Shown here one piece after another: positions 21,096 through 29,390 of a stretch of DNA of 32,000 nt. Source of the DNA: a virus. A program made the translations under genes and the position numbers. Location of the stretch: the IMG/VR virus record IMGVR_UViG_3300028666_000023, positions 57,104-89,103 of that record, one strand, 5' to 3'. The notes beneath the pieces were generated by a model. The model ran no database searches and was not told where the DNA came from. It was given only the letters and a program-made list of their open reading frames with translations. Each line of letters begins with the position of its first letter. The stretch's first letter is position 1.

Positions 21096-24000
21096 CTACT
21101 CATCCCCTTCTTCTCCCTCTCCAGAATTGCCACGTACGACAGTGGGGACTGGGGACAAACGGGACGCTCCGACGAGCGTCATGGTGATCGGCGCGGGCGC
21201 TGAGGTGGCGGTGGGCGTCGAGGGGGCGAGAGGGAAGCGCGTCGCTGCGCGCGCTCCAGCTTGAACCATCGGAGGCGTGGCAACAGGCAGCGTTACGCTG
21301 CTGCCGCCCGCGCGTACGACGAGGGAGAAACGCTGCGGCGCGTGCGATCGCCCGTAGCCGAGCGGCAGCGGCACCGGTGGCGGAGGAGTCGGCGGGTTCC
21401 ACTGCTGGTAGACGGAGTCCGACGGAGACGTGATGGTCTCGAACAAGAAGCGCAGAGCGGCGACGCGGCGAGAGATCGCATCGCTGATGGCAGTGATGCT
21501 TTCCGCGACGGAGCGCGAGATGCTACCCGTGTGCGTCACGGCGTCGGTGGGAGAGGCCACCACTTCGGGGATGATGCGAGCTCCTACGAAGGCGCGCACT
21601 ACAACGTCGCTCGACGCTGCAACGGTCTCGTTCAGGAAGCGCAGTGCGCCGTAGCTTCCGGAGATGGCGTCGGTGGGCGATGTGACACTCTCCGAGAGCG
21701 TGCGCTGTGCGGCACGCGTACGAGAGACGGCGTCCGAGATGGAGACGCTCTCCGTCATGGAGCGCGAGGCAACAGCCGCGCGGGAGGCGGCATCAGAAGG
21801 AGCGGCGATCGCGTCGCTGATGTTGCGACTCCACTGCAGCGCCTTGGCCACGGAGTCCGACGGCGCGGTCATGCTCTCCGCGAGCGTGCGGAAGAGTCCG
21901 TGCTGCCGCGTGAGCGCGTCGGTCGGAGCGGCGATCGAATCGCTGATGGTCCTGTCACCGGTGAAGGCGCGCGCCACGGCGTCGGAGACCGAGACGCTCT
22001 CTGGGATGGTCGCAACGAAGGCAACGCGCCTCGAGATCGCATCGGAGGGAGCGGAGACCGCCTCAGCGACCGCGCGGGAGAAGCCAACGAGACGTGAGAT
22101 TGCGTCACTCGGCGCGGTCACCGACTCGGCGAGGGTGCGGTGGACTACAACCTGGCGGGCAACTGCATCCGAGATGGCGACTGCTTCCGCGAGGACTCGA
22201 GCGACGATCGCCAGGCGAGCAACCGCATCACTCGGCGCAACAACACTGTCCGAGATAGAACGAGAGAAACCGACCACATCACTGGGGGAGTCCGACGGCG
22301 TCGTGATCGACTCGGTGAGCGCGCGGTGGCCCACGAAGAGACGAGCGATCGCATCGCTCGGGTTGGTGATGGACTCCGTCAGCGCACGGCTCCCGACGAA
22401 TGCGCGCGCGGCGCTGTCCGAGGGAGAAGTAATGGACTCCGTGAGGGACCGAGTCGCCCCATACAACCGAGACGCCGCATCCGAAGGAGCTGCAATGCTT
22501 TCGGAAGTAGAACGAGAAGCGGCGAGGATGCGGGTGAGCCCGTCGCTGGGTGCGAGGATGCTGTCGCTGATGCTCTTCGCGTAGTCGTGCGCGTGGAAGA
22601 CGGAATCTGAGGGGGAGGTGATGCTCTCGCTGACGGGGCGGAGGGCAGCGAAAGAACGCGCCACCGCATCACTCGGCGCCGTGATCGACTCGGTGATGTT
22701 CCCGGCGTTGCCGTGCGTGATGGCGTCAGAGGGAGAGGGGACACTCTCCGCAAGCGCGCGGGTGTAGGCGACGAGGCGATCGATGGCATCGCTCGGGGCG
22801 CTGACGCTCTCCGAGAGAGCGCGGCTTCCAACGATCGCCCGCGCGATTGCATCAGAGATAGAGATGCTCTCGCTGACGGGGCGCGCTCCCGTAAAGGCTC
22901 GGGCAACGGCGTCGCTCGGTGTGACGATGCTGTCCGAGATGAGGCGGCTGACGCTGAAGAGATTCGAGACTGCGTCGGAAGGGGCGGTGATCGACTCAGC
23001 GATACTGCGCGCGCCGGCGAAGGCGCGCACAACGCCATCACTTGGCGCGGTGACACTCTCGCTGATGGAGCGGGCCCAGGCGACCGCGCGCGCAACGGCA
23101 TCCGTGGGCGCCGAGATGCTCTCGTTGACGCTCCTCGCGCCGATGAAGGCGCGGGTCAAGGCATCGCTCGGAGCGGTGATGGATTCGCTGACGCTCTTGG
23201 AGAAGGCTGCTGCGTGTGACACCGAGTCCGATGGTGCGGTTATTGAGTCGGCGATCGAGCGAGCCACCACCGTCGCACGTGCCACGGCATCACTCGGGGC
23301 GACGATCGACTCTGAGACCGCTCGCTGCGAGGCAAAGGCTCGGGCCACTGCGTCAGACGGCGCAATGATGGAGTCTGCGATGGAGCGGGAGGCGACAAGG
23401 GCGCGCGTGAGCGCATCACTGGGGAGGACAACCGATTCAGAAACAGAACGTGCATCCGCGATCGCGCGTGTGAGCGCATCCGAAGGAGCGGTGATGCTCT
23501 CAGCGAGAGAGCGTGCGCCGATGAAGCTTCGAGCGATGGCATCCGAAGGGAGAACAATGGAATCGGAGATCGAGCGTGCTTGACCGCGCGTGGCTGCGAC
23601 GGAGTCACTCGGAGCGGTGATCGAGTCGGCTATGGAGCGAGCTCCCACAAAGGCGCGGGCTACCGCATCGGTCGGTGCGATGACCGAGTCGGCGATGGAG
23701 CGCTGCACGACCGCGAGGCGAGAGACGGCGTCGGTAGGTGCGACGATGGAGTCGGCAATCGTGCGTGCATCAACAGTAGAACGAGCCACCGCATCGGAGG
23801 GGTTCGTCACGGATTCGCTCAGCGCACGAACGGGAGCGAAGATACGGGAGACGGCATCACTCAGGGCCGTGATGGACTCACTGGTGGAACGGGCGCCGAT
23901 GAAGGCCCGCGCGATGGCGTCGCTGGGGGCGGTGATGGATTCGGCGATCGCTCGGATGCGAGCAACGACGCGCGCAACGGCATCCGTGGGCGCGACAACC

Positions 24001-25454
24001 GAATCCGCGATTGAACGGGCGCCAACGAAAGAACGAACGAGCGCATCGCTGGGGGCCGAGACGGAGTCGGCGATCGACCGGGCACCGACGAATGCACGCG
24101 TGAGCGCATCGCTCGGCGCTGTGACCGATTCAGAGACAGCGCGGCTGACGCCGAAGAGGCGTGCGATGGCGTCAGACGGCGCGACGATGCTCTCGCTGAG
24201 GGAACGCGCGCCGGCGAAGATGCGGGCGATTGCATCCGAGGGATTCGCGATGGAGTCCGAGATGGAACGCTGGAAAACAGCCCCGCGCGCGATCGCATCA
24301 CTGGGAGCGACGACGCTGTCCGCGATGGACCTGGCGAGTACGCTGAGGCGTGTAACTACGTCGGACGGTCCGGTGATGCTCTCGGTCAGCGAGCGCAGGC
24401 CGACGAAGCGCCGCGCGGGTGAGTCGCTCGGCGCCGTGATGCTCTCGGCCACTGCGCGCGCTCCTACGAAGGCTCGGTTCACCGCATCGCTGGGGGCGGT
24501 GATCGACTCTGAGACGGACCGCGTGTACGGCGTACCACCGCCGTGCACGACAACAGCCTGCACGCCTGGGGTGAACGTTGGGTTGAAGGCGACGAGCGAC
24601 ACAGCCCAATCGTCGTTTGTTGTAACGGTCGCTTGGTAGTTGCCGGTTGCGCCAGTTGCAATGCCCGCGATGTCGCCTACGCCCCACGCTGTGAAGAAGC
24701 TGCCGTAGGTCGCGTCGTTGGCACCCGAGTTCGTGATGAACTGGTAGGAGAAGCTCGGGAAGTTCGCTGTGACGAGGCCGTGGTCGGCGCCGAGGTAGAA
24801 CAACCACAACCACTCGTTGGAGCCGGAGATCGTGACGCCGGTTCCCGTCGGATGGGTGGAGAAACCCGAGTTGGTGGACTTGACGTCGACAGTCACAACG
24901 GTGCTCACGCCGCGCAGGCAGACGCACGTGACACCGACACCGTTGGCGGGCGCAGGTGAGACCGAGAAGGTGTAATTGGCCGCGGGCGAGCTCGAGAGCT
25001 GGATGACGTAGACCGCCGACGAGATGTCGACGTTGCCACCACTCGTGTGATCGATGCGGGTGCCGGAGACGAGCGTCGCTCCAGAAGGAGGCGTGACCGT
25101 GGCGCCGAGCTGGCTGTACCAGCCGATGAAGAAGACGAGGAGATCTCCGTTGGCTGCGCCTGACGGCGTGCTCACCACTGCGGGGTTCGTCGCTGTCGAG
25201 GCCGACTGCGTGAACGCGCCGATCTGGGTGATGGTCCCGTAGATGGTCCCGTCGCCGAATGGGAGGATGCTCTCCGAGATGGTGCGTGCCTCGACAACCG
25301 CGCGCGAGACGGCGTCGCTCGGAGCGGTGATGCTCTCCGAGATGGAGCCCGAATACGTCGCCGACGTGCTCTCGATCGGAGTGCTCCCCAACTCAACGGC
25401 GGCGCCGCTGAAGAAGAACTTCCTGTCGAGATCTCCGGGATTGAGCCCGAACAC
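21096..25454 (-). CDS. Giant repeat protein (1452 aa): short N-terminus + 2 repeats, ~275-aa globular beta-type domain, ~49 tandem 21-aa repeats, Pro-rich C-terminal region with acidic tip
   Basis: Track ORF 21096..25700 trimmed to GTG 25454 (GAGGAG 6 nt upstream; 2 nt after the TAA of the upstream paralogue). Repeat consensus is [ED]S[IV]xAPSDA[IV]AR.F.GAR[SA][IL][SA]. Normal coding composition and no frame breaks. Plus-strand ORFs across it (e.g. 21664..22584, 22783..23583, 23590..24639) are periodic shadows of the same repeats. Confidence 0.85.
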   Translation of the reverse strand: MFGLNPGDLDRKFFFSGAAVELGSTPIESTSATYSGSISESITAPSDAVSRAVVEARTISESILPFGDGTIYGTITQIGAFTQSASTATNPAVVSTPSGAANGDLLVFFIGWYSQLGATVTPPSGATLVSGTRIDHTSGGNVDISSAVYVIQLSSSPAANYTFSVSPAPANGVGVTCVCLRGVSTVVTVDVKSTNSGFSTHPTGTGVTISGSNEWLWLFYLGADHGLVTANFPSFSYQFITNSGANDATYGSFFTAWGVGDIAGIATGATGNYQATVTTNDDWAVSLVAFNPTFTPGVQAVVVHGGGTPYTRSVSESITAPSDAVNRAFVGARAVAESITAPSDSPARRFVGLRSLTESITGPSDVVTRLSVLARSIADSVVAPSDAIARGAVFQRSISDSIANPSDAIARIFAGARSLSESIVAPSDAIARLFGVSRAVSESVTAPSDALTRAFVGARSIADSVSAPSDALVRSFVGARSIADSVVAPTDAVARVVARIRAIAESITAPSDAIARAFIGARSTSESITALSDAVSRIFAPVRALSESVTNPSDAVARSTVDARTIADSIVAPTDAVSRLAVVQRSIADSVIAPTDAVARAFVGARSIADSITAPSDSVAATRGQARSISDSIVLPSDAIARSFIGARSLAESITAPSDALTRAIADARSVSESVVLPSDALTRALVASRSIADSIIAPSDAVARAFASQRAVSESIVAPSDAVARATVVARSIADSITAPSDSVSHAAAFSKSVSESITAPSDALTRAFIGARSVNESISAPTDAVARAVAWARSISESVTAPSDGVVRAFAGARSIAESITAPSDAVSNLFSVSRLISDSIVTPSDAVARAFTGARPVSESISISDAIARAIVGSRALSESVSAPSDAIDRLVAYTRALAESVPSPSDAITHGNAGNITESITAPSDAVARSFAALRPVSESITSPSDSVFHAHDYAKSISDSILAPSDGLTRILAASRSTSESIAAPSDAASRLYGATRSLTESITSPSDSAARAFVGSRALTESITNPSDAIARLFVGHRALTESITTPSDSPSDVVGFSRSISDSVVAPSDAVARLAIVARVLAEAVAISDAVARQVVVHRTLAESVTAPSDAISRLVGFSRAVAEAVSAPSDAISRRVAFVATIPESVSVSDAVARAFTGDRTISDSIAAPTDALTRQHGLFRTLAESMTAPSDSVAKALQWSRNISDAIAAPSDAASRAAVASRSMTESVSISDAVSRTRAAQRTLSESVTSPTDAISGSYGALRFLNETVAASSDVVVRAFVGARIIPEVVASPTDAVTHTGSISRSVAESITAISDAISRRVAALRFLFETITSPSDSVYQQWNPPTPPPPVPLPLGYGRSHAPQRFSLVVRAGGSSVTLPVATPPMVQAGARAATRFPLAPSTPTATSAPAPITMTLVGASRLSPVPTVVRGNSGEGEEGDE
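21412..24515 (-). repeat. ~49 diverged tandem copies of a 63-bp (21-codon) coding repeat; a few copies have 57-60 bp
   Basis: I counted 49 complete units plus a partial 50th by splitting the translation at each [ED]S[IV] (e.g. ESITAPSDAVNRAFVGARAVA / ESITAPSDSPARRFVGLRSLT / ... / ESITAISDAISRRVAALRFLF). Four 20-aa units lack the Pro (ESISISDA..) and one unit has 19 aa. Two more copies lie N-terminal to the globular domain (about 25260-25345). The copies I compared all differ at the DNA level. Confidence 0.9.
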
Positions 25455-25456
25455 GG

Positions 25457-26248
25457 TTACTCCTCGATGAACGTTGGAGCAGCCATCATAACGCCCGACG
25501 TCGTCGTAAACGCCATCGCCACAAACCAGAGGCATGCGCCGGAGTCGATGACGGGCATGTTCATCACGAGCTGCACGGAGTCGTACAAGAAGCTCTGCGA
25601 GTTGAATGCGGGGATGGGCATGGCGAAGAGAGGCCGCCAGATGGTGATGCCAAAGCTGCCCGCGGTACCCGTCGTCGCGAGAACAGTCGCGCTCGCACAC
25701 GCTCGGACGCCGCTGTCGCCTTGCGCGAGCGGCAGGGGGATGAAGCGTTGTACTTCCCGCGCGCCCGTGCCACCGAACGCTACGGCCTGCGTGGTCTGCG
25801 AGGCGGTGCCGGCTTGATTCGTATAGCTGGCGGTGATCGTGGTCGCTGTTGCGCCGACCTGCGTATAGACTTCAGCGGCGAGGAAGTTCCCCACCCCACC
25901 CGTGTTGCGGGTGATCGCACCGCCCACCGTCTGCGCTGTCGTGACGATGCCCGAAGACCCGCCCTGGTGTAGAAGGCGGTCGCAGATCATGACGTAGCCG
26001 CTCGAGCCCATCTGGGCGAGCGTCTCGGCGAGGCGCATGACGCCTGTCGAGTCTTTCTGCGCGAGAGCTCCAGTCGTTGCGTTCGTCGGAACAGCGGCAG
26101 CGCCGGGCGTCGAGCCCGCGTTCGGCGCGATTCCCCAGAACGAGGAGAACCGCCCGGCGACCGTCGTCTGGCTGCTCTTCATCGTGCGGACGCGCTGATA
26201 CGGTCCGGCGATGCGCGTCTTGTAAGCGGCGTAGTTGGTGAGCGCCAT
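25457..26248 (-). CDS. Paralogue C of a three-member tandem family (263 aa), function unknown
   Basis: Shares with the two upstream genes the core ..DRLLHQGGSSGIVTTAQTVGGAITRNTGGVGNFLAAEVYTQVGATATTITASYTNQAGTASQTT...PLAQGDSGV...TTGTAGSFG...GACLWF.....F[IA]E. ATG 26248 directly abuts the upstream TAA and has GGAGAAG upstream. Confidence 0.8.
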   Translation of the reverse strand: MALTNYAAYKTRIAGPYQRVRTMKSSQTTVAGRFSSFWGIAPNAGSTPGAAAVPTNATTGALAQKDSTGVMRLAETLAQMGSSGYVMICDRLLHQGGSSGIVTTAQTVGGAITRNTGGVGNFLAAEVYTQVGATATTITASYTNQAGTASQTTQAVAFGGTGAREVQRFIPLPLAQGDSGVRACASATVLATTGTAGSFGITIWRPLFAMPIPAFNSQSFLYDSVQLVMNMPVIDSGACLWFVAMAFTTTSGVMMAAPTFIEE

Positions 26249-27082
26249 TTACTTCTCCGCGAATTGTAGTGAGCCGTACATTTGCTCGAGAACAGATGCC
26301 GTCTGCGGCAGCCAGATCCAAGCAAGGCACGCACCCGGTTCGATGAGCGGACAGTCGGGCAGACCCGCCATGTAATCGCGCACGGTGCCGCACCCGGAGA
26401 CTCCGACTTGGAGCTCGGCGAGCGGATGGACGAGCGTCACACCGAACGCACCCGCCGTGCCCGTCGTTGCGAGCACGGTGACGGATTGAATCGACTGCAC
26501 GCCGCTATCGCCGCTCGCGAGCGGCAGACGAATCATGCGTTGTGCTTCGCGATTGTTCGTCGCGCCGAAGGTAACAGCGGTCGTTGTTTTCCCTGAGGTG
26601 CCCGCCTGATTGGTGTAGCTCGCCGTGATGGTCGTTCCGGTCGCGCCGATCTGCGTGTAGATCTCCACCCAGATTTCGTTGCCGACGCCGCCTGTGTTCC
26701 TCGTGATGACGCCGCCAACGGTTTGCGCCGTGGTGACCGTCCCCGAGAGATTGCCGATGTGAAGAAGGCGGTCGTAAAGCACGAGCGCACCTGGGGCTGT
26801 CGCCAGCGCGGTCGCGTGAAGCAAGTACAACGAACGGCCGCCCGTTGCATCCGTCTGCTTCATGGCGCCGTTGGTCGTGCGCGTGGGGATCGCGACGGTT
26901 GTTGGTGCGGAGCCCGCGGGCGCATAGCCCGTGTAGAGCCAGAGCGAAGTGGCCTGCCCAACGATCGTGGCAACGGGCGAGTTCGTGCCGACGCCGGTGA
27001 AGCCTGTCTTGTGCATCATCACGAGCTGGCCGTGCGCCGTGACCGCCGCGATGACGTCGCTGATGTTGGTGAAGGCAGTCAC
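26249..27082 (-). CDS. Paralogue B of the tandem family (277 aa), function unknown
   Basis: GTG 27082 lies 3 nt after the upstream TGA. ..LYDRLLHIGNLSGTVTTAQTVGGVITRNTGGVGNEIWVEIYTQIGATGTTITASYTNQAGTSGKTT..LPLASGDSGVQ..TTGTAGAFG..GACLAWIW..QFAEK. About half the residues are identical to paralogue A by eye. Confidence 0.8.
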   Translation of the reverse strand: MTAFTNISDVIAAVTAHGQLVMMHKTGFTGVGTNSPVATIVGQATSLWLYTGYAPAGSAPTTVAIPTRTTNGAMKQTDATGGRSLYLLHATALATAPGALVLYDRLLHIGNLSGTVTTAQTVGGVITRNTGGVGNEIWVEIYTQIGATGTTITASYTNQAGTSGKTTTAVTFGATNNREAQRMIRLPLASGDSGVQSIQSVTVLATTGTAGAFGVTLVHPLAELQVGVSGCGTVRDYMAGLPDCPLIEPGACLAWIWLPQTASVLEQMYGSLQFAEK

Positions 27083-27085
27083 GTG

Positions 27086-27919
27086 TCAGGCCTCGATGAA
27101 CTGAGCGTACCCGACGATCTCCGGGATGGTGGTTGTATTCGCCATCCACGCCCACGCGAGACAAGCGCCGGCGCTGATGGGGAGAATGCCCGGTCCGTTC
27201 ATGATCAAGTCACGGTTCGCGCCGACGCCTGCGAGCACGGGGATGTAGAGCAGCGGCTGCACGATGTTGATGCCGAAGTTGCCCGCGGTGCCGGTCGAGC
27301 CCGTGAGCGTCACGTTCGCAACAGCCTGTACGCCGATGTCGCCGATGCCAACGGGGATGGGCAGGATGCGTTGCGCTTCTTCGAAAGGTGAGCCACCCAT
27401 GAATGCGGGGCCCGACGTCTGCCCCGAGGTGGCGCTCTCGTTCGTGTAGCTTGCGGAGATGGTCGCGCCCGACGCGCCGATGGCGGTGTAGACCTCTGCC
27501 CAAATCTGGTTGCCCACGCCACCCGTGTTGCGCGTGAGCGTGCCCGAGACGGTCTGCGCGGTGGCGACGGCACCCGACAGGCCACCGATGTGCAGGAGGC
27601 GATCGTACAAGATCAGCGTCCCCGCCGAGTTCGACGTGACGTTCACTCCAAGGAGGTACTTCTGTCTGCCACCACCCGCGTCCGTCTGCTTGAGCGCGCC
27701 TGCGGTAGCGTTCGTGGGGTTCGCGACCGTCGTCGGAGCGGCGCCGTCACTCGGCTGGCCGTTGTACTGCCAGAGCGAAGTGAGGGCGCCTTGAACGGTC
27801 GCGACGGGCGTACCCGCGCCGAGACGAGGGGCCTTGTAGAACCAGATCGTCTCGGGCGTTCCACTGTTCCCGCCCGTGAGGCGGTTGACGACGTCATCCA
27901 GCCCCGTCAGCGAGCTCAT
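27086..27919 (-). CDS. Paralogue A of the tandem family (277 aa), function unknown
   Basis: ATG 27919 has GAGGTGA upstream. ..LYDRLLHIGGLSGAVATAQTVSGTLTRNTGGVGNQIWAEVYTAIGASGATISASYTNESATSGQTS..IPVGIGDIGVQ..STGTAGNFG..GACLAWAW..QFIEA. Confidence 0.8.
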   Translation of the reverse strand: MSSLTGLDDVVNRLTGGNSGTPETIWFYKAPRLGAGTPVATVQGALTSLWQYNGQPSDGAAPTTVANPTNATAGALKQTDAGGGRQKYLLGVNVTSNSAGTLILYDRLLHIGGLSGAVATAQTVSGTLTRNTGGVGNQIWAEVYTAIGASGATISASYTNESATSGQTSGPAFMGGSPFEEAQRILPIPVGIGDIGVQAVANVTLTGSTGTAGNFGINIVQPLLYIPVLAGVGANRDLIMNGPGILPISAGACLAWAWMANTTTIPEIVGYAQFIEA

Positions 27920-27944
27920 ATCACCTCTAAGTGTGCGAGATCAC

Positions 27945-28757
27945 TCAGATTGTGATCGTGACGGTATTCTGGAGAGTGTCTCCGGAGATGAGCGTGGGAG
28001 GCGAGGGCTCGGCCGACTCGAACGGCATGACGCCGCCGCCGGTGACGTTGCACGCGCCGAACTGCGCTTCCTTGTTGATCGTCGTCGAGCCGCCGGAGCA
28101 GGTCCAGAGGTGGACGAGCGTGTAGGTCGACGCGGCTGCGGTGTGGCTGTACGTACCGACGGCGCGGTTGAAGCCGTTGGTCGCGAGCTCGGAGGCGAGC
28201 GTCGTGTCCGCGGTGGAGGGGCCGGTCGCGTCGGCGGTGATCGCCATCCAGGCCGCCGGGTTCTGCCCGGGGAGGATGATGTACTGACCGGTCGCGTTCG
28301 GCGTGGTGCCCGATGCGCCCGACGTGCTCGTGCCCGAGTACCACTGGTCGACCGTAAGGACCGTGGAGGTGTTCGAGACGATGACGCCGTAGACGACGGA
28401 GCCGGTGCCGGACGCGTTCGCGCCGACGACCACGAGCGAGCCTGCGAGGCCCTGACCTGCGGTCGGGAAGGTCGCGCCGGAGTTCGTTGCGGTTGTTGCA
28501 CCGACCGCCGTGAGCGTGCCTTGCGCCGACGCGAACGCGAACGACGGGCCTTGACCCATCGCCTTCGCGAGCCAGTCGTTTGCGTTGGTGTAGCCCGACG
28601 CGGTCGTGGTCGTGAGGTTGTGGCGCCAGCGGCCCTTCGAGCGGCGCGTCTTGCGATTGCCCTTGCCAGGAGAGATCTCCGTCAGCCAGTGCGAGTGCAT
28701 GACGGACTCGCGCGCCTGGCGGGAGGCAGTGGCGATGGCCTGGTCGAGCGTTCTCAT
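27945..28757 (-). CDS. Hypothetical G/S/T/A-rich beta-type protein with basic N-terminal segment (270 aa), virion/fibre-like
   Basis: Track ORF 27945..29093 trimmed to ATG 28757 (GGAGG upstream, ATGA overlap). MRTLDQAIATASRQARESVMHSHWLTEISPGKGNRKTRRSKGRWRHNL... then ..GATFPTAGQGLAGSLVVVGANASGTGSVVYGVIVSNTSTVLTVDQWYSG...TLISGDTLQNTVTITI. The overlapping ORFs 27916..28905(-), 27941..28501(-) and 27876..28808(+) are Arg/Pro shadows. Confidence 0.75.
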   Translation of the reverse strand: MRTLDQAIATASRQARESVMHSHWLTEISPGKGNRKTRRSKGRWRHNLTTTTASGYTNANDWLAKAMGQGPSFAFASAQGTLTAVGATTATNSGATFPTAGQGLAGSLVVVGANASGTGSVVYGVIVSNTSTVLTVDQWYSGTSTSGASGTTPNATGQYIILPGQNPAAWMAITADATGPSTADTTLASELATNGFNRAVGTYSHTAAASTYTLVHLWTCSGGSTTINKEAQFGACNVTGGGVMPFESAEPSPPTLISGDTLQNTVTITI

Positions 28758-29287
28758 TTCGAGCCTCCGTCCTGCTTCGACTTCTTGTCGATGCGGAAGT
28801 GTCCGTGAAGGTGTTTCGCGTGGTCGTCGCTGCTCGCGGGCGCCATGTAATTGGCGACGAGCTTGTCGACCTCTTCGGGATCGATGTGCGTGCCCGACGC
28901 TGCATGCGGCGCGAGCATCGATCGCATCAGCGCTTCGTCCGGTCCGTCGTCGTGCACTTCGAACTTCGAGAGCCACGCGCGCTCCGCGTGGTGCGGCATC
29001 GTGTGCTCCGACAAGTACATGGCGACGGCCTCTTTGCGCGTCAGCATGCGGCCGCCTTCGGGGCGGCACTTGTCGTGGATGATCTTGGCGCAAATCTGCG
29101 CCTCGGTCAGCTGAATCTCCGTGTGCGTGCTCCCGTTCGGAGCGTCCTTGGTCACCTTCATCAGGTAACCGGCACCACGCGTCATCGGCTTCGCCTTGCC
29201 AGCGGCCAGATCGACTGGGGTGACCGTGACGTCGCTGGGAACCGGCTCCCAGTCGTAGAACTTGCTGTGGTGGGCGACGATCCGCAT
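28754..29287 (-). CDS. Hypothetical His-rich protein (177 aa), first gene after the terminator
   Basis: Track ORF 28754..29344 trimmed to ATG 29287 (GAGG ~8 nt upstream). MRIVAHHSKFYDWEPVPSDVTVTPVDLAAGKAKPMTRGAGYLMKVTKDAPNGSTHTEIQLTEAQICAKIIHDKCRPEGG... The start choice is less certain than for other genes. Confidence 0.65.
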   Translation of the reverse strand: MRIVAHHSKFYDWEPVPSDVTVTPVDLAAGKAKPMTRGAGYLMKVTKDAPNGSTHTEIQLTEAQICAKIIHDKCRPEGGRMLTRKEAVAMYLSEHTMPHHAERAWLSKFEVHDDGPDEALMRSMLAPHAASGTHIDPEEVDKLVANYMAPASSDDHAKHLHGHFRIDKKSKQDGGSK

Positions 29288-29363
29288 GCGTTGACCTCTG
29301 ACCGAAACTTTACCCCGTCGAGCCCAACAGGGGAAGAACGCCACGACGACAAATGCGCTGAGT

Positions 29364-29390
29364 AGCTAAAAGAAGGGCGAGCGCCCTTCT
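29364..29390 (-). terminator. Rho-independent terminator after the nucleotidyltransferase gene
   Basis: 8-bp stem AGAAGGGC (29371-29378) / GCCCTTCT (29383-29390), loop GAGC. On the minus strand the stem runs into TTTTAG (plus A4 at 29368-29371). The hairpin begins at the TGA stop (29390-29392). Confidence 0.75.

Noticed and set aside
21412-24515. The strictly periodic 63-bp region considered as a CRISPR array or non-coding satellite.
   Set aside because: There is no alternation of conserved repeats with unique spacers, because every unit is a diverged copy of the same 21 codons. The array keeps one open reading frame for >4 kb with protein-like composition. No cas genes are present.
21096-25454. 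The giant repeat protein considered as a tape-measure protein.
   Set aside because: It is not located next to tail tube, chaperone or baseplate genes. It has a Pro in almost every 21-residue unit and an embedded beta-type globular domain, whereas tape measures are long, mostly Pro-poor helical proteins. This is not excluded, only judged unlikely.
25457-27082. The GDSGV motif in two of the three paralogues (LAQGDSGVR, LASGDSGVQ) considered as a serine-protease active site.
   Set aside because: The third paralogue has GDIGV (no Ser). No His/Asp catalytic partners in a trypsin-like arrangement are evident, so this is most likely a coincidental structural turn.
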